From Phoronis australis (Eukaryota > Animalia > Phoronida): a DNA stretch of 64,000 nt. Below, in pieces: positions 51,701 to 64,000 of this stretch. Positions within the stretch are counted from its first letter, which is position 1, and each line of letters opens with the position of its first letter. A model generated the notes under the pieces. The model made no database searches, was not told the origin of the DNA, and worked only from the letters and a program-made list of their open reading frames with translations. Position numbers and translations under genes: made by a program. The DNA lies in the NCBI GenBank assembly GCA_002633005.1, contig NMRA01000193.1, positions 641,005 to 705,004 of the forward strand, read 5' to 3'.

Positions 51701-53901
51701 TGGCCATTTCCTCTTTGTAGACGAGCCTGGGTCAGACTTGAACCGAAAACGTAGTCATCTTTGTGTTGGTTTCTTCAATTTATCGCTAGGATAAACACTC
51801 ATTGCTACCTTTCCATTTTTGAGTTATCGCCCTGCATCTCGTTATTTGTTTTTGAAGTTTAGCCCCGTTCTCCCGGTGGATATTTTCACACCCGATTCAA
51901 AAGTTCATGTTTAGTGAAAAACACGACGTATTCTGTGCGAAATGTCTGCGTCTTGGTACCCTTGAAATGTGCTTCTATAAACCTGCAACAAATTACTACT
52001 GAAAAATAACACAGCCCGCTTGGATGGACTGTTAGATTTAGTAATGACAGTGCTGCTTATCAAGAAACCAAGGCAGTTTTCCGGAATGTGACTAGTTTGT
52101 TTCTAATTTTTCCATTTGTACAAATAACGTGTCCATCAATTCAGAATTGTTTCTATATTCAGGCAACAGCTCAGGGCTCTTGTGTTCCCTCACAACTCAC
52201 ATCTTCATCCACAATCACTCAAACTTTTGTGCCGTCAAAAGCTCCAGCAGTGCATACGCCAAATCGAAGACTTAAACATACCGGAATAATCCAATGTGAA
52301 CAATTTTAATAAGTCTTTCGGCGGAACTCATTTTTAAGCGCTCTTAAGCGCTACTGTTAGAATTTAGATTGAAAACAAAAATAAGAATACCGACATCTCG
52401 ACCACCACCAAGACATCGGTGATTACGCCGGCACTGACAACAACACCGATGATGCCGTCAGAAACTCGATTCTTTGCGAAAACTGGGGCTACAACATTGA
52501 ACACGATGCAAGATGTCGATCATGAGGATGAACAAATTAATGACGGATATTACGGAAAAGACGCAACGCTGTTCGTACTTCATGTAAATACACATTGTCA
52601 CATTAATGTTACAACGTAATTAATGAGATTATGCCAAAGTGAACGCACTTTATTTTCCAAAATAACCGCTGATGAAGAAATCAATGAAAAGCATCCTGGA
52701 CCAGTAATAGTCAATTCAAAAATCACGAAAAATAAAAGTTTAAGCAAGCTTCAAACCCACGACGTCATAGTTTACACTGGGATACCCGACCAACGTTAAT
52801 TTGCAGTATCAAATTAAGCCTGCATGGATTCATTGTAACTTTTAGAAAGAAAATTGTGCAAAGAAATGTACAACTTGGCAAATACATGGACACTGTTTAG
52901 ATAATAATGGCTTTTTAAGTAACATTAGCTGTAGAAAGCGACGGCATTTCTCTGAAGAACGAAAGTCTACGGTGGTCAACATATATCTGGTCATGGGAAC
53001 CTATCAGCAGGGGCGTCTGTCGGGGGTATGACACCCCTCAATAAATTTGGTTTAGTTGTGCAAAATCAGAAAAGCAGGACAGCAACAGAAAACTTGGCCA
53101 AACATTTCCATCCAAATATGAGAATTATACAAAAGCTTGTATATTGTACATTTTTTTATTCTTGATATGTTTTTCCTAAACGCATTTTATTACATGGTTT
53201 GTGTCACTGCTTTTCCCTTTTATTCGCAAAAATGCCAAACCGAAAGAAAAAAATTAATTTTCATTTTTGACACGGTCACGCCTCACTAGAGAACATGGAC
53301 GGCATACAAAAAACGACTCCATGGCTTACCGACGTCACCGTGGCGGCGTTTCTGTCCCGTACATTAACACTTACGGGCCTTTCGTTTCAAAACAAAACTG
53401 TGATCAATCTCTTCTCACTTACTGAATGTCCACGAAGAAGGTGTCACCGACAAGTAGTTGATTAACATGGAAGTGATGCATTGTTTTTTAATCGAGATCA
53501 TTTAGAATATGTAAATTTGAGGAATATCATTACATTCTTAATTAGCATGTTAGATTACATCTCGTATGGTTGTTGATATACTGGGTTAGGGTTGCATACA
53601 TTCATCTAATCAATGTTGGATTCGCTATCACTTAATCACTGCCGTCAAACATTGCCCCCGTTCAACTTTGAATGACGAGATACTGCACGACCTGATTGTT
53701 CATGCAACTTAAAGCGATTTGACTGATACCGTAAGTACTGAGGCCATAATTGGCGTCTGGAGAAATGAAGGAACAAGAAGCTGTCTGTAGATGTTACAAT
53801 GACTTTTCACAAGTCTACAGGTATGAAAACTTGAAACAAAGATGGTAACGTTTAATCAACACTTTTGTTTGACTGTCCGACTGTACGTTTTCTTGCAATG
53901 T

Positions 53902-54380
53902 AGCGGTGGACAGGATTGTTCATCCATGATCAACCCTGCCCATGTGGCACATACTGAGCCACAACACCACGTTCCTTAAAATATCTTTTTATTACTCCGG
54001 CTGGTCTGCTCACTCAGCTTGCCCGGAACCTGCTTTGCAGGTTGTTATAACCCACTTGGCTGTTTGGTGTACCCACTTGGTACTTGATGTGATATTTACC
54101 CATTTGGCAGTTTGTACCCACTTGTTATTGAATTTGCTGTTTTGCTCGACCCAGTTGGTAGGCAATCGGCTAATACCCATTTGGTCCTGTGCTAACCTGT
54201 GCCACTTAGTATCCGATACTCAATTGCACTTTGGGCATCGGAAATGTGTGTGTTATCTCTTGTAATTAAGGAACCCAACTGGTTCCTTCTGTGAAATATT
54301 TATTTGTAGAGCTGTGACCCTGAAATTCCCAATTCAACTTAAAATACATATTATTCTTGTTGCTTTATTTGTACCCAATA
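53902..54380 (+). repeat. Repeat family B, copy 4
   Basis: Reverse complement of ~14186-14680; AATGT at 53897-53901 and 54381-54385 is a possible TSD; the end overlaps an AATAAA. Confidence 0.85.
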
Positions 54381-55920
54381 AATGTTTTTGACTGATTTAA
54401 TCAGTAAACTAACACGATGGTTTGGCTGAATAACCTCAAACTGAAGGTATGCGTGTAGAATAGTAAATTATTATAAAAATTCCCATTGTTTTTATTCGTT
54501 GACTTGTTTTATGAAGTTGTTTGCTCCATCTTGGCTTTCAGAGAATTTGTAAGGCAGGTTACCAAAATTTAGGCCAATTTAGGCTTTGTACTACCCCCTC
54601 CAAAGCTAAAGCACTAGTTTCGACCCTGCCTCGGAATTTGAAGGCAAATGACTTGTAATTCCGTCGTCTTTCATGTGATTCTCATCAAAATCAATGGCTT
54701 TCTAAAAATTACCATTATCGATATTTTAAGCAGATTTTAAGCCGATCTACCTCAGCGTAAAATTTTGCGAACACACTCTCCTGGACGATCAAAAGTACAG
54801 CACTTGGCGAAATTGCATGACAAGCTTTGAAGTGAGGTCGACGACGACGAAACCACGATTCCGACACCCGTGCTACCAACGTAAAAAATTGCATTGAGGA
54901 ACAGGCCTAAATCAATCACAAGCGCCTATCAGATCAGAACATTTCGAATAATTTGAAAACGGTGAGATGTAACGAGAAAGCGGCAATACTCTACAGATAG
55001 GTGATATCACATTTCAGAAGATTTTCTCAAAAGATCACCTCCGTAAGCGATTATTCCATCTTGTTTCCGATTTTACCCGCTAAAGACCTTGATATTATTT
55101 ACGATACAAGCGATGTGTGTAAATTCCATGTTGATCCGCTGGAAAATACGACCTGTAGCGCTAGTACTATAGACCAGCTAAAGTCGAGGAATTTGTCAAT
55201 AAAAATACATGCATTTGACCAAAGCTCTCAAATACATGTAACTAGAGAATGGTAAGTCCAAGCGACAACTGCATGGCACAAATCAGAAAGCAATTGAGAG
55301 CATCTATCTGCATGACGAATTTCAGAAAGATCCGTCGATGGGAGCCTGAGATAGGGCACGAAAACTCAATTAATTTTAGAGCAGCCACCATAAAATCTTG
55401 AATAACTCGAGAACGGTAAGTTGAAGAGAAAAAAACTAATTACACGATATCCCACAAAATGATCTATCCCTCCAAAAACAGATGACCTCCAGAGACAGCT
55501 GAGCTATGATACCAAAAACCAGAAAATTGAAAAAATGGCCGCTTCAGCGCCATTTTGACTCCGATTTCAAGCACGAGCCATCCACACAAATTGTATGTAA
55601 ATTTCATGTTTGTCGAATAAGAATGCTAACTGTGGTGTGCGTATCAACAAAAATAACAAAGTAACATACACTTATATCCCAGGAATGAACGTCTATTCAG
55701 CTTAATAACAATGCGACATGTGGCAGAATTATACATACATCAACTTAAAGTCAAATATAGCGATATACATCTCTGTCATTTATAAATCTATACCTTAACT
55801 TACATGTAAATCCCTTGATTTGTTTCTATAAATCAACAAGCTGCCATGGAAAGAAAAAAAACTGCCAGCTACACTTTCTCAGAGTAGCTGTATGCAATCG
55901 CAACGTCCACTCTGTTTCGT

Positions 55921-58300
55921 CTAAATGGAATGCTTTGTTGTCCTTTTTTTCTTATGGTGAAGTTCCAACTTATTTTGGTGTTGCTTTCGTCTTTGTTTTA
56001 TTGACGTAGACAACGTAGTGTCTACTGTATGACTGGCAGTCAAGCTGTATACACGTATGTTTGTTTGATCTCTAAGATTTGCGACATCCGTGCGGTCTGA
56101 TGGTGCCAATCGACAACTGACTCCAACATTGGCTGACGAGAAAGTATACAAGAGAGGATTAAGGGCAGAGTTGATGGGCATGATGAACACAGCAACCCAG
56201 GCTGAGATTTGTCGACTTATGGTGACTCCAGATAAAGCAATGATGCCGATAACGGAGATGGGGACCCAGCAGCAAAAATCGGTCAACACGATAAGTATTA
56301 ACCGCCGGGCAAGAGCGAGGTCCCGTGCTGTTGATTTCCTCTTCGACTTAAGTCTTTGTTGTCGGAAGTAAACGTAAATCCATGAATATCCCAGAGCTAT
56401 GAAGGTGAAGCATGTTAAATTGAAAGCTATGAATACTGAAGTCGAATACATCCAACCTGTGGATGAAACGTTGCGAAGGGTGAAAGGGAGACAAACAGAC
56501 GTTGAGCCATAATATTTCTTACCATAGATGATTAAAGGAATGGCAGCAATGACGCTGCAGATTGTCCACCCAACACCTTCCACAAGGGCAGTTGTCTTCA
56601 TGGACAAAGGGTTCACTTGGAATTTGAAAACCAAGATAAGCACACGGTCAACTGTAATCACAACGAGTGTGAACACGGACATTTCGCAGGCGATGGTTGA
56701 AATAAACCCTTCAAACTGACAAACAAATCCCTCCCTCCAGGCTTGTTCATATTGATAGAATCTGCCTTGACTCTCAAAATACTGGTCCGCGGAAGCGATG
56801 ATCAGAAGGTACACTCCCATTAGGAAGTCCGATGCGCTCAAGTTTAGAATAAGGAAAGAATTAACATTTTGCCGCTCAGTCTTTAGACGCCACACAAACA
56901 CGGTAACATTGCCAATGATTGCCAACACACCAATTACCCAAACGGCATATCTCAAAAACTTGTCAGCAAACAAATCATCACAGGATGAAAACTCTCCCGG
57001 TTCTGGTAGGCATTTCACGTTGTTTTTTAGATCACAACAATATCTATAAGCATCTGTAGTGAGGAAGTCCATTTGTACATTAACGAAGGCATCTATGTCA
57101 ATTTTTAAGTTTCTGTCGTTGAGTTCAATGTTTAAGATGTTTAAACGCCCCACGAAAGCATTCGCAAATATTGAAATTAGTTTGTTTCTCGAAAGATCGA
57201 GATGTTTAATATTGACACCCCGAAATGTGTATTCCCGTAAGTGAGTGATCTGATTTCCAGTCAAATTCAGAAGTAAAAGATTATTTAACCCTTGAAATGA
57301 CCCTTGCGGAATTCTTGTTATGTTGTTGTGTGAAATGTCAAGGACACCTAAGTGTTGGTACCCTTCGAATGTATTACTATAAAGCTCCAACGAATTACTG
57401 GAAAACAACAAAGCCCGTAAGCTTTTGCTGTATGTCGGTATTGAAGATAGATTTGCTTTGTTACAACTCATCGACAAACCGTTGCACGTACACGGGCCTG
57501 GACAGTATTCTGAAATATCGCAGTATTTTTCATCGTCGCCATTTGGACAGTCAACTTGGCCATTGCAGACAGACTTTTGCTCGATACAGTAGCGTTGTCC
57601 AGGACAACGAAGCAGGCCAGGACACTTGTATTGTTCGCAGTTCACCTCATCTTCCCCATTCACACAATCCTCAGAGCCGTCACATACGCGTCGAACATGT
57701 ATGCAGAATGAGCCGGGACACTTGAACATGCCAGGACACTGGAATCGTGAACAGTTTTTGAGATGGCTAAAATCCCGACACCCGTCCACGACAGGATTTA
57801 CGTACTTATCAACGTTATACACGCACGCAGTTTCCCGTCTGAAACATCTTGGATAATGCGGTATACAACGAACTTCGTCATCCCTTGTACAGAACGGCTT
57901 GTAATTTACAGTAATAATAGGTTTTGTCGCAGTACCTGTATTGACCTCTCCTTTAACTGAGTCCACATACTTCAGCAACTCATCTTCAGCTGTGCACGTG
58001 GGACAGTCGGGTTGTAAATCGTTTTGACGAGATTTTGGAATGCAGGTTGCGGAATAACAACGAAAGCCGTTGGAGCAAAAACCCACCCCATTGCACTGCG
58101 CTGGTCCTTCGTCGTCACCAGCTCTGCAGTCCTTAACCAAGTCGCAAGTTCTGTTCATTGCAATACACGTACCATCTGCACAGCGGAATTCACCAGTCGA
58201 GCAGCTCGGATATGTGCAGTCAGCCTCATCAGAACCGTCTTTGCAGTGATTGACGTGATCGCAGTAAAGTGAATACGGAAGACATTCGCCGCTTTGACAC
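55921..58300 (-). CDS. Terminal exon of a GRL101-like G protein-coupled receptor (LDLa repeats + LRR + rhodopsin-type 7TM); 5' exons not identified
   Basis: About six LDLa-type modules (e.g. FRCADGTCIAMNRTCDLVKDCRAGDDE), LRRNT CPGPCTC, LRRs (LDISHNNI, LNLTGNQI, LDLSRNKL), hinge YRYCC...FSSCDDL, and TM motifs NLSASDFLMGVY, ITVDRV, TDFCCWVP, NSALNPLLY. An acceptor ccttttcgtttcAG lies at 58301-58314 (phase 2), so the ORF-track start at 58332 is probably intronic. Confidence 0.95.
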
Positions 58301-60409
58301 CTGAAACGAAAAGGCATTGCGAAATTTAACAATTAAACACAATTACATTTATCACATTTCGAAACCTTTGTACAATCAGGTGAAAGTCCGTAAAAAACTC
58401 GCCTCTGTGAAACATATTTGGTGTCTTTGCAGGAAACATTGCAAAATGTTGAGAATGTATGAATTCACACCGTGTGTCGAACATTGCGCCATGAAACACG
58501 TTCTTAGTTGTTCATGGATCCAACTTGCTGATTACAAGAAGGTAACGCAAAAACAGGCATGCTGAGCTGCATTGGATGTCTGTCTCTGTGCTGCAGGGTT
58601 GCACCAAATTGCCGCAAGTTTTCACAAGTAAAAGATTCGTAACATTCTTTTAAATTAATGGGGCTTTCGACAAATTCTCCTCCCGGTGTCGCTGCTGTAC
58701 TAGTGGTGATTGAATTGCGCATGCGTCGCTGTCTGCATGTAAACAGCTGGTAAAAAGACGGAGTTGTTATCAAAATACGTCGGCGCGATAAGCCTTATTA
58801 TCGCCATTTTCCTGGGGGCAAATCTTTGACAGGTGGTCACAAACTCCTAAATGGCCTTAAGTTACTTCAGAAGAATTGTGGTCAAAAGGGTCAACCAAGT
58901 GACAAAATGTGTTTGGATGCCGAAGCTCCACGCCCCGTGTGTGCTCTATGCAATTCCATTGAGACTATATAATCACATTACTTGGCATGTTTTTAGCAAC
59001 TAGTTTCTATCTACATAGGTTCAGCTACCCCACTTAATAATGGGTTTATTCAGTGGAAGTAAGAACTTCTTTTCGGAAACCACCCGGGACTCGGGTGGTA
59101 GGCTAGCAGCATACATGTACATTGTCCTGGGTGGGAGTGCTCAGAAGTCAAGGGTGACTTTTTCACAGCAGTTACTCTTCAAAACTGTGCTATGTCTAAT
59201 GAGATTCTCTAGATGATTGAGTTTCCTTATTTTATAGCGGACCCCATCCCCAGGACTAGCTACCGAATTAACATGCATGAGATATTCGGTAAATTCGTAA
59301 CATTGTGTTGGAATAAATTTTGACACCTAGAACGAATTTTATTTGTTGAGATTAGAAATACATTTTAGGTGTCATGAAAAAATACTCATTCTTAAATCAC
59401 TTTTCGCCTGCTTCACATGTTTTAATTCACATCTTAAAAACGACTTGGATAAAATGATTAATAGCTTCTACAGATAAACATGAAGGTGAAATGTCAAGTA
59501 TGTTGTGTCTTACAGAAGTAGTTTTGTCTTGTGTTTTCTTTTATAATTTGCTAATATTTTTCTGACTATTCTGTTACAGGTCAGAGAAAACAACTGAAAC
59601 CAGCCTCCTTATCGTCTACTTTACCTTTCGACAAAGTGAAAAGCAGTCCTTCAGCAATAACCTGAGAGTATTGAACCACTCAATTAAGAAAGTCAGCCCT
59701 CGATATCCCTGATTATGGACTCTGTTGCATTGGGAAACTTACAATTGTTTTAACAATGTTGTTCCTTTGTATGTAGGTGGTTGTTCAGTTTGCCATTTTG
59801 TTCTTAAATACGCTGATTAATGTTTAATGTCGAATCTTGTGCATACCAGAATCGGATTCTTATCCAGCTAGCTACTATTGAAAACATATTTTGCTTGCAT
59901 GTGGAACTCTTGTTATAGACAAAACAACACAAAACTTAAAACTGTTCAATAGCCTTTTTAATAAAGCTCTAAAATAGTAACAAACATATACAAATCAAAT
60001 GCAAACAAAGGGAATACTTCGTTTCGATCACCGAACATTTCAATAGGTCAACAAGAAAATGACAATTCGCAGGCGTAATCGGTAATCATTCAGCTTTATA
60101 AAGTAGCAGCATAATTGCACTGTATGGGGCTTTAAAAATGAAGAAATATTATGGTTTGAATAATTGGTGAAAAACCTGCCTGTTGATGAGAAAATTATTC
60201 AATCATCACAGTGTAACATTAACGGGCTTTTTACTGTCAATAAGATAATCGATGAAGTCACTGAATGTCACTTCTGCATAATGTGTACCAAATTGAAAAG
60301 TTTTTACCATTAGTATAAAGCCTTTCTTCTGAAAGGAAAACTTAATGTCACTCATTGAGAAAGGACAGGTATTTATACCAGATGCTTTTGGTTTTCATTT
60401 CAATGAGAT

Positions 60410-60915
60410 CGAGTTTCAATGGCCTATAGAAGTGCTTGTATAAAAGTCTAGTGTCGGCAAGTGGCTTTCCTTCATGTAACCTCATTAAGCATCAATTACA
60501 TCCACAATTAGATGCTGGAAGGTAAACACAGCAGCGTATCACTTGACTGGTTTTGTGCCCAAAATCAGATCCTGAACTAGACCAGAGTGTTAGTAGGTCT
60601 TCTTTAGCTTCAGCCCCCCATGTTTCTTCCAGGAAAAGAAATAAGCCATTGTTGTCCACACATGACTCATTGCCTATGAAAGGGCATCCTCAACAAGGAG
60701 GCTGGCTGGTGTAGCAGTCACATATAGTTCCTCTTCAAACACAAATAATCCACTGGCGCATTTCCTTATGGTAACTTAGTGCTGCAATTCACATTTGTCC
60801 AGGGACACTTGCTTGTACATTTTGCCACGCAACACTGCTGGTGTGTGGGAAGAGAAAGGAGTAACAATGCTTGTCTATGTTGCGACTTGAAGTGGCATTA
60901 ATAATGTCACTGAAC
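60410..60915 (-). pseudogene. Decayed YqaJ/lambda-exonuclease-like coding exon (transposon accessory gene)
   Basis: After acceptor tttgttccAG: FSDII..., SGLFVFEEELYVTATP, LVE + frameshifted CPF, GGLKLKKTY*..VQ, VFTFQHLIVDVI, LPTLDFY; these follow YqaJ motif order. Confidence 0.55.
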
Positions 60916-62840
60916 CTGGAACAAATATTGAAACATGAATAATTAAGTACTTCAGGTTGGGTAAAAAATAGTTTCCCTGCTTTTCAAAATTGTGATATGG
61001 CAACTGCTCTGCAATTTTACACAAAATTTAATAATTACGATTTCCAGAAAGCAATTTATATATTAAGTATCGTATAAAACCGCGTCTTTACTTTTCATTC
61101 ATTTTAAACACATCACTTGTCTGCAAAATATGCAAGTTATTTGAGACAACTTCAAACCTTTGTTGCTCATTTTCAAGCCTTTTGATCTTTGATACTTTCA
61201 GCAATTTGAAACAACAGTACAGATTCGTGGGTCTGTCTTAGTCAAACACACTTCTGGTCTAAGGCTGAGGGAATCGTTTCTCAGATTTTATTTATTTTTC
61301 TTCTTATAAAAGATGTGAAGACTTGGGTTATTTAAAAATGATGGATAATCGTTCTGTTGTTTGAGAGTAATTAAAAAATCCTAAGGCACCATTGCTTGCG
61401 TATTGACAGTAAGAATAATGCATGTATGTTCAAATACGGCCACACTCGTATGTTCAAAAATCCAATTTTCACGAAAAATGGCAGTCAACATTTCAAGACA
61501 TGACTGTTCAGTCATTGAGAATTCAGAAAATGTAATATACTTTTATGGGTTTACAATGGATAGCAAAACAGTTTCATGAAACTTGAAAGAATTTTTTATG
61601 AAGGTTAAGAATTACCTCACCATGCTCTCTCCCTCGGACACTATTGGCTGTTATTTTCAGACTTCAGTTACACCAAATTTAGCAACCCCAAACCCCTATG
61701 CCAATCACTCACTAATGTTCCGCATAAGTAAATTAACAAAACAACTTAATACCTTTCTTTAAAAGTAACTGTCCCTTTTCAAAAGCTTTGTTCTTTGTCT
61801 CCGATATAGAAAGTAGGTTTTGACAACAGATCTCTCCATTCAGGGACAGGTGCAGAAGCGATGAACATCTCCTCTGCACGGTACCTAAAAACCAAAGGTC
61901 AGAGGAAAACAGACATGATATATTCCGTGTCAACGTGTAATAGATTTCCGGGGGAACATAGGATAGGGAATAAACAAATAGTCTAAGGGATGTTTGTCAC
62001 GTACCGTTTGAGCTTGGATTGTAATCATACCTCCCTAACCAATATCGAATTGACAGCATAAACATTCAGCATTGATTGATGTAACTGTCACTGATAAACC
62101 TGTTAGAAATCATTCCAAACATTAATAATACTGCTTTGATGTACGAAAAGATCCCAAGCACTACATCAAGTATCGTAACACCCTTCACAACAAATAATGA
62201 TAAACCCGACTGGCATCAGTATTGTAAACATGGAATAATCGTTAAAATAATTACAGACCTTACCTTTCTATAGAGTCATGCTTGCTTCCTCTCGAAGAAG
62301 CACCTTTTTCACGAAATCAAAGATTCAGTTGGCACAGCTGCAAGCCATGTCACCATGTATTAAAGGGATCGAGACATCGAGGCCGCTTAATCTATCACCA
62401 AAACTACACGCGCGCCCTCTAAAGACTCGAATAGTCCCATAAAGCGAGCTTCCCCTTCACGACGACATTCCACGAGAAAATCAAAGAAATCCAAAAAGAA
62501 ACATTCTAGGGTCATCTTCCAAATTCAGCTTAATTTATGTATATGTGATTGCGGTGTGGCTCTGATAAAAAATCACCAATTCTGCACTCATTGAACTCTT
62601 AACTTCTAAGCTATAGGCCTTCAAAGGTTTACCATGGAAGTGATGCATAAGGACTTTGAAGTAAAATTGATACAAATAACATCGCTGCATCCACCACGTG
62701 ACGGGAGATAAATCTGGAGGCACTTTTTGTTATGTTGAAAATGGGTGTCACTCAAGTGCTTCTACAAGCCAGTTTGCGGATCTGTGGACATTGAAAGAAT
62801 CTTGTTTATGGGTTGATCTTGGATCTGTGAACAAATTTAA

Positions 62841-63985
62841 AGGAGCATGCCACCCAAAAAACAACCTAATTTGTATCAATTTAGATCGAGTAGTTCTACT
62901 CCATAACGATACGCACGGTTGCATTACCTGACACCTGACGGCAGACGGAGGTGTTGAAATTATCCAATGACGTCATCGGTTTCACACGCAGTCAGTTCAG
63001 CAGTTCACAGTACGGGTTACTGGTGTCCGCTTATCGCATAAAGTCATCGTTTACCACCAATAAATCATCAAACTTCGATGTAAAACCCTTAAAAATACAC
63101 CGAGTTCTCATAAAAACGCGTTGTTTTATTTCGCTCTTACGGATTTATTGGTATTTGGACACACCGTAGCCTACAAAGTTCGGCAGGCCAATAAGGTCCG
63201 TAATCGTTAGTAGCAGGAGTTTGGGGTCTGTTCGGAGATAATTTCGAAGTATTTTCCGTGAGATACAGACAGGAGAACCTACATCTGTGTTGTTTAGACT
63301 TGCGATTTTTTTGAGTTCTAAACACAAAGCGCTTGTTAGCTTGGCCAGTGGCTCAGAGCCCGATCATGCTCGTCGCAGCCGGCCAGTGTCTCGGAAACTG
63401 ATCAGACATCACGAACATAACCCATCCAAAGTTCAGTGGAAACTAAACTTCCAGCCATGAAAATACTATACTGGTGAGCCAAAGTAATGTGCACCTGATT
63501 ATGTTGGTGAATTAGCCACGAAACTGCAAATCTATTTACTCGTCGGGGGCAGCGAATTCAGTTCCGCAGTTGTCCACAGCACCGTCAGGGCAGAAATTGT
63601 ACACTGGCAATCATTATTTGAGTAAAGTAAATGTAAATAAAGATTCCCCTAACACCTGGCCGTGGGATGGAAATCGAGTTGTTTCACACGAAATTAGCAT
63701 GAACTAACACGGCCTAGGTGTCCCGTCAATTAGTTTTATTGCACCTAAAGCCGGGTAACGCAATCATTTATTCATTGTTGGCTTTTCAAATCCTTTGCAC
63801 TCACGAACACTCCAAAGGCATTACAAATTGCATCTAATGAGACAGGCGTTGTTTCAGTTTTATATAAGTATTGGTTAGGATGAGAACAATACATTTTGAA
63901 ACAGAACGCTCAGTAATTAAGTATCAGTCTACGGATCCACCGACCACTGTACATCCAAAAAGCGGCAAGGTAGGGTGTCAGCCAT
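62841..63985. mobile_element. Probable Kolobok-type non-autonomous element
   Basis: Starts TTAA|AGGAGCATGCCACCC; only a weak matching end (gggtgtcagcc ~63973). Confidence 0.35.
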
Positions 63986-64000
63986 TCTGATCCATGTTTA

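Noticed and set aside
52668-52695. CTGATGA...GAAA hammerhead-like motif
   Set aside because: No stem II or flanking stems can be formed.
56090-58272. Plus-strand ORFs
   Set aside because: Antisense shadows of the GPCR exon.
58504-58773. Upstream GPCR exon candidate (also a possible 37-nt exon at ~59625-59661)
   Set aside because: No LDLa pattern or signal peptide, and no compatible phase-2 donor could be supported by eye.

Overview
AT-rich eukaryotic DNA, most likely from a marine invertebrate (inferred from the gene and transposon content; the organism cannot be fixed from the window). One clear host gene is present: a large minus-strand terminal exon (55921-58300) of a GRL101-type receptor (LDLa repeats, LRRs, 7TM). 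The rest is mostly layered, decayed mobile elements. (1) A BEL/Pao LTR retrotransposon is split by a tandem array of Helentron-type non-autonomous (HINE/DINE-1-like) elements carrying a ~430-bp internal tandem repeat; a second such array lies at 36.9-39.75 kb. (2) A Penelope-like element has inverted pseudo-LTRs containing degenerate hammerhead-ribozyme cores and is interrupted by a TIR element. (3) A HERO-like non-LTR element is split by a 6.5-kb GAG...CTC (Sola-like) insertion. There are also CR1/L2-group and RTE LINE remnants, a YqaJ-type exonuclease remnant, several MITEs, and an unclassified repeat family (four copies) rich in CCANNTGG palindromes. All alignments and translations were done by eye; most TE boundaries are approximate and family names come from motif recognition, not database searches. 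No rRNA, tRNA or CRISPR was seen.
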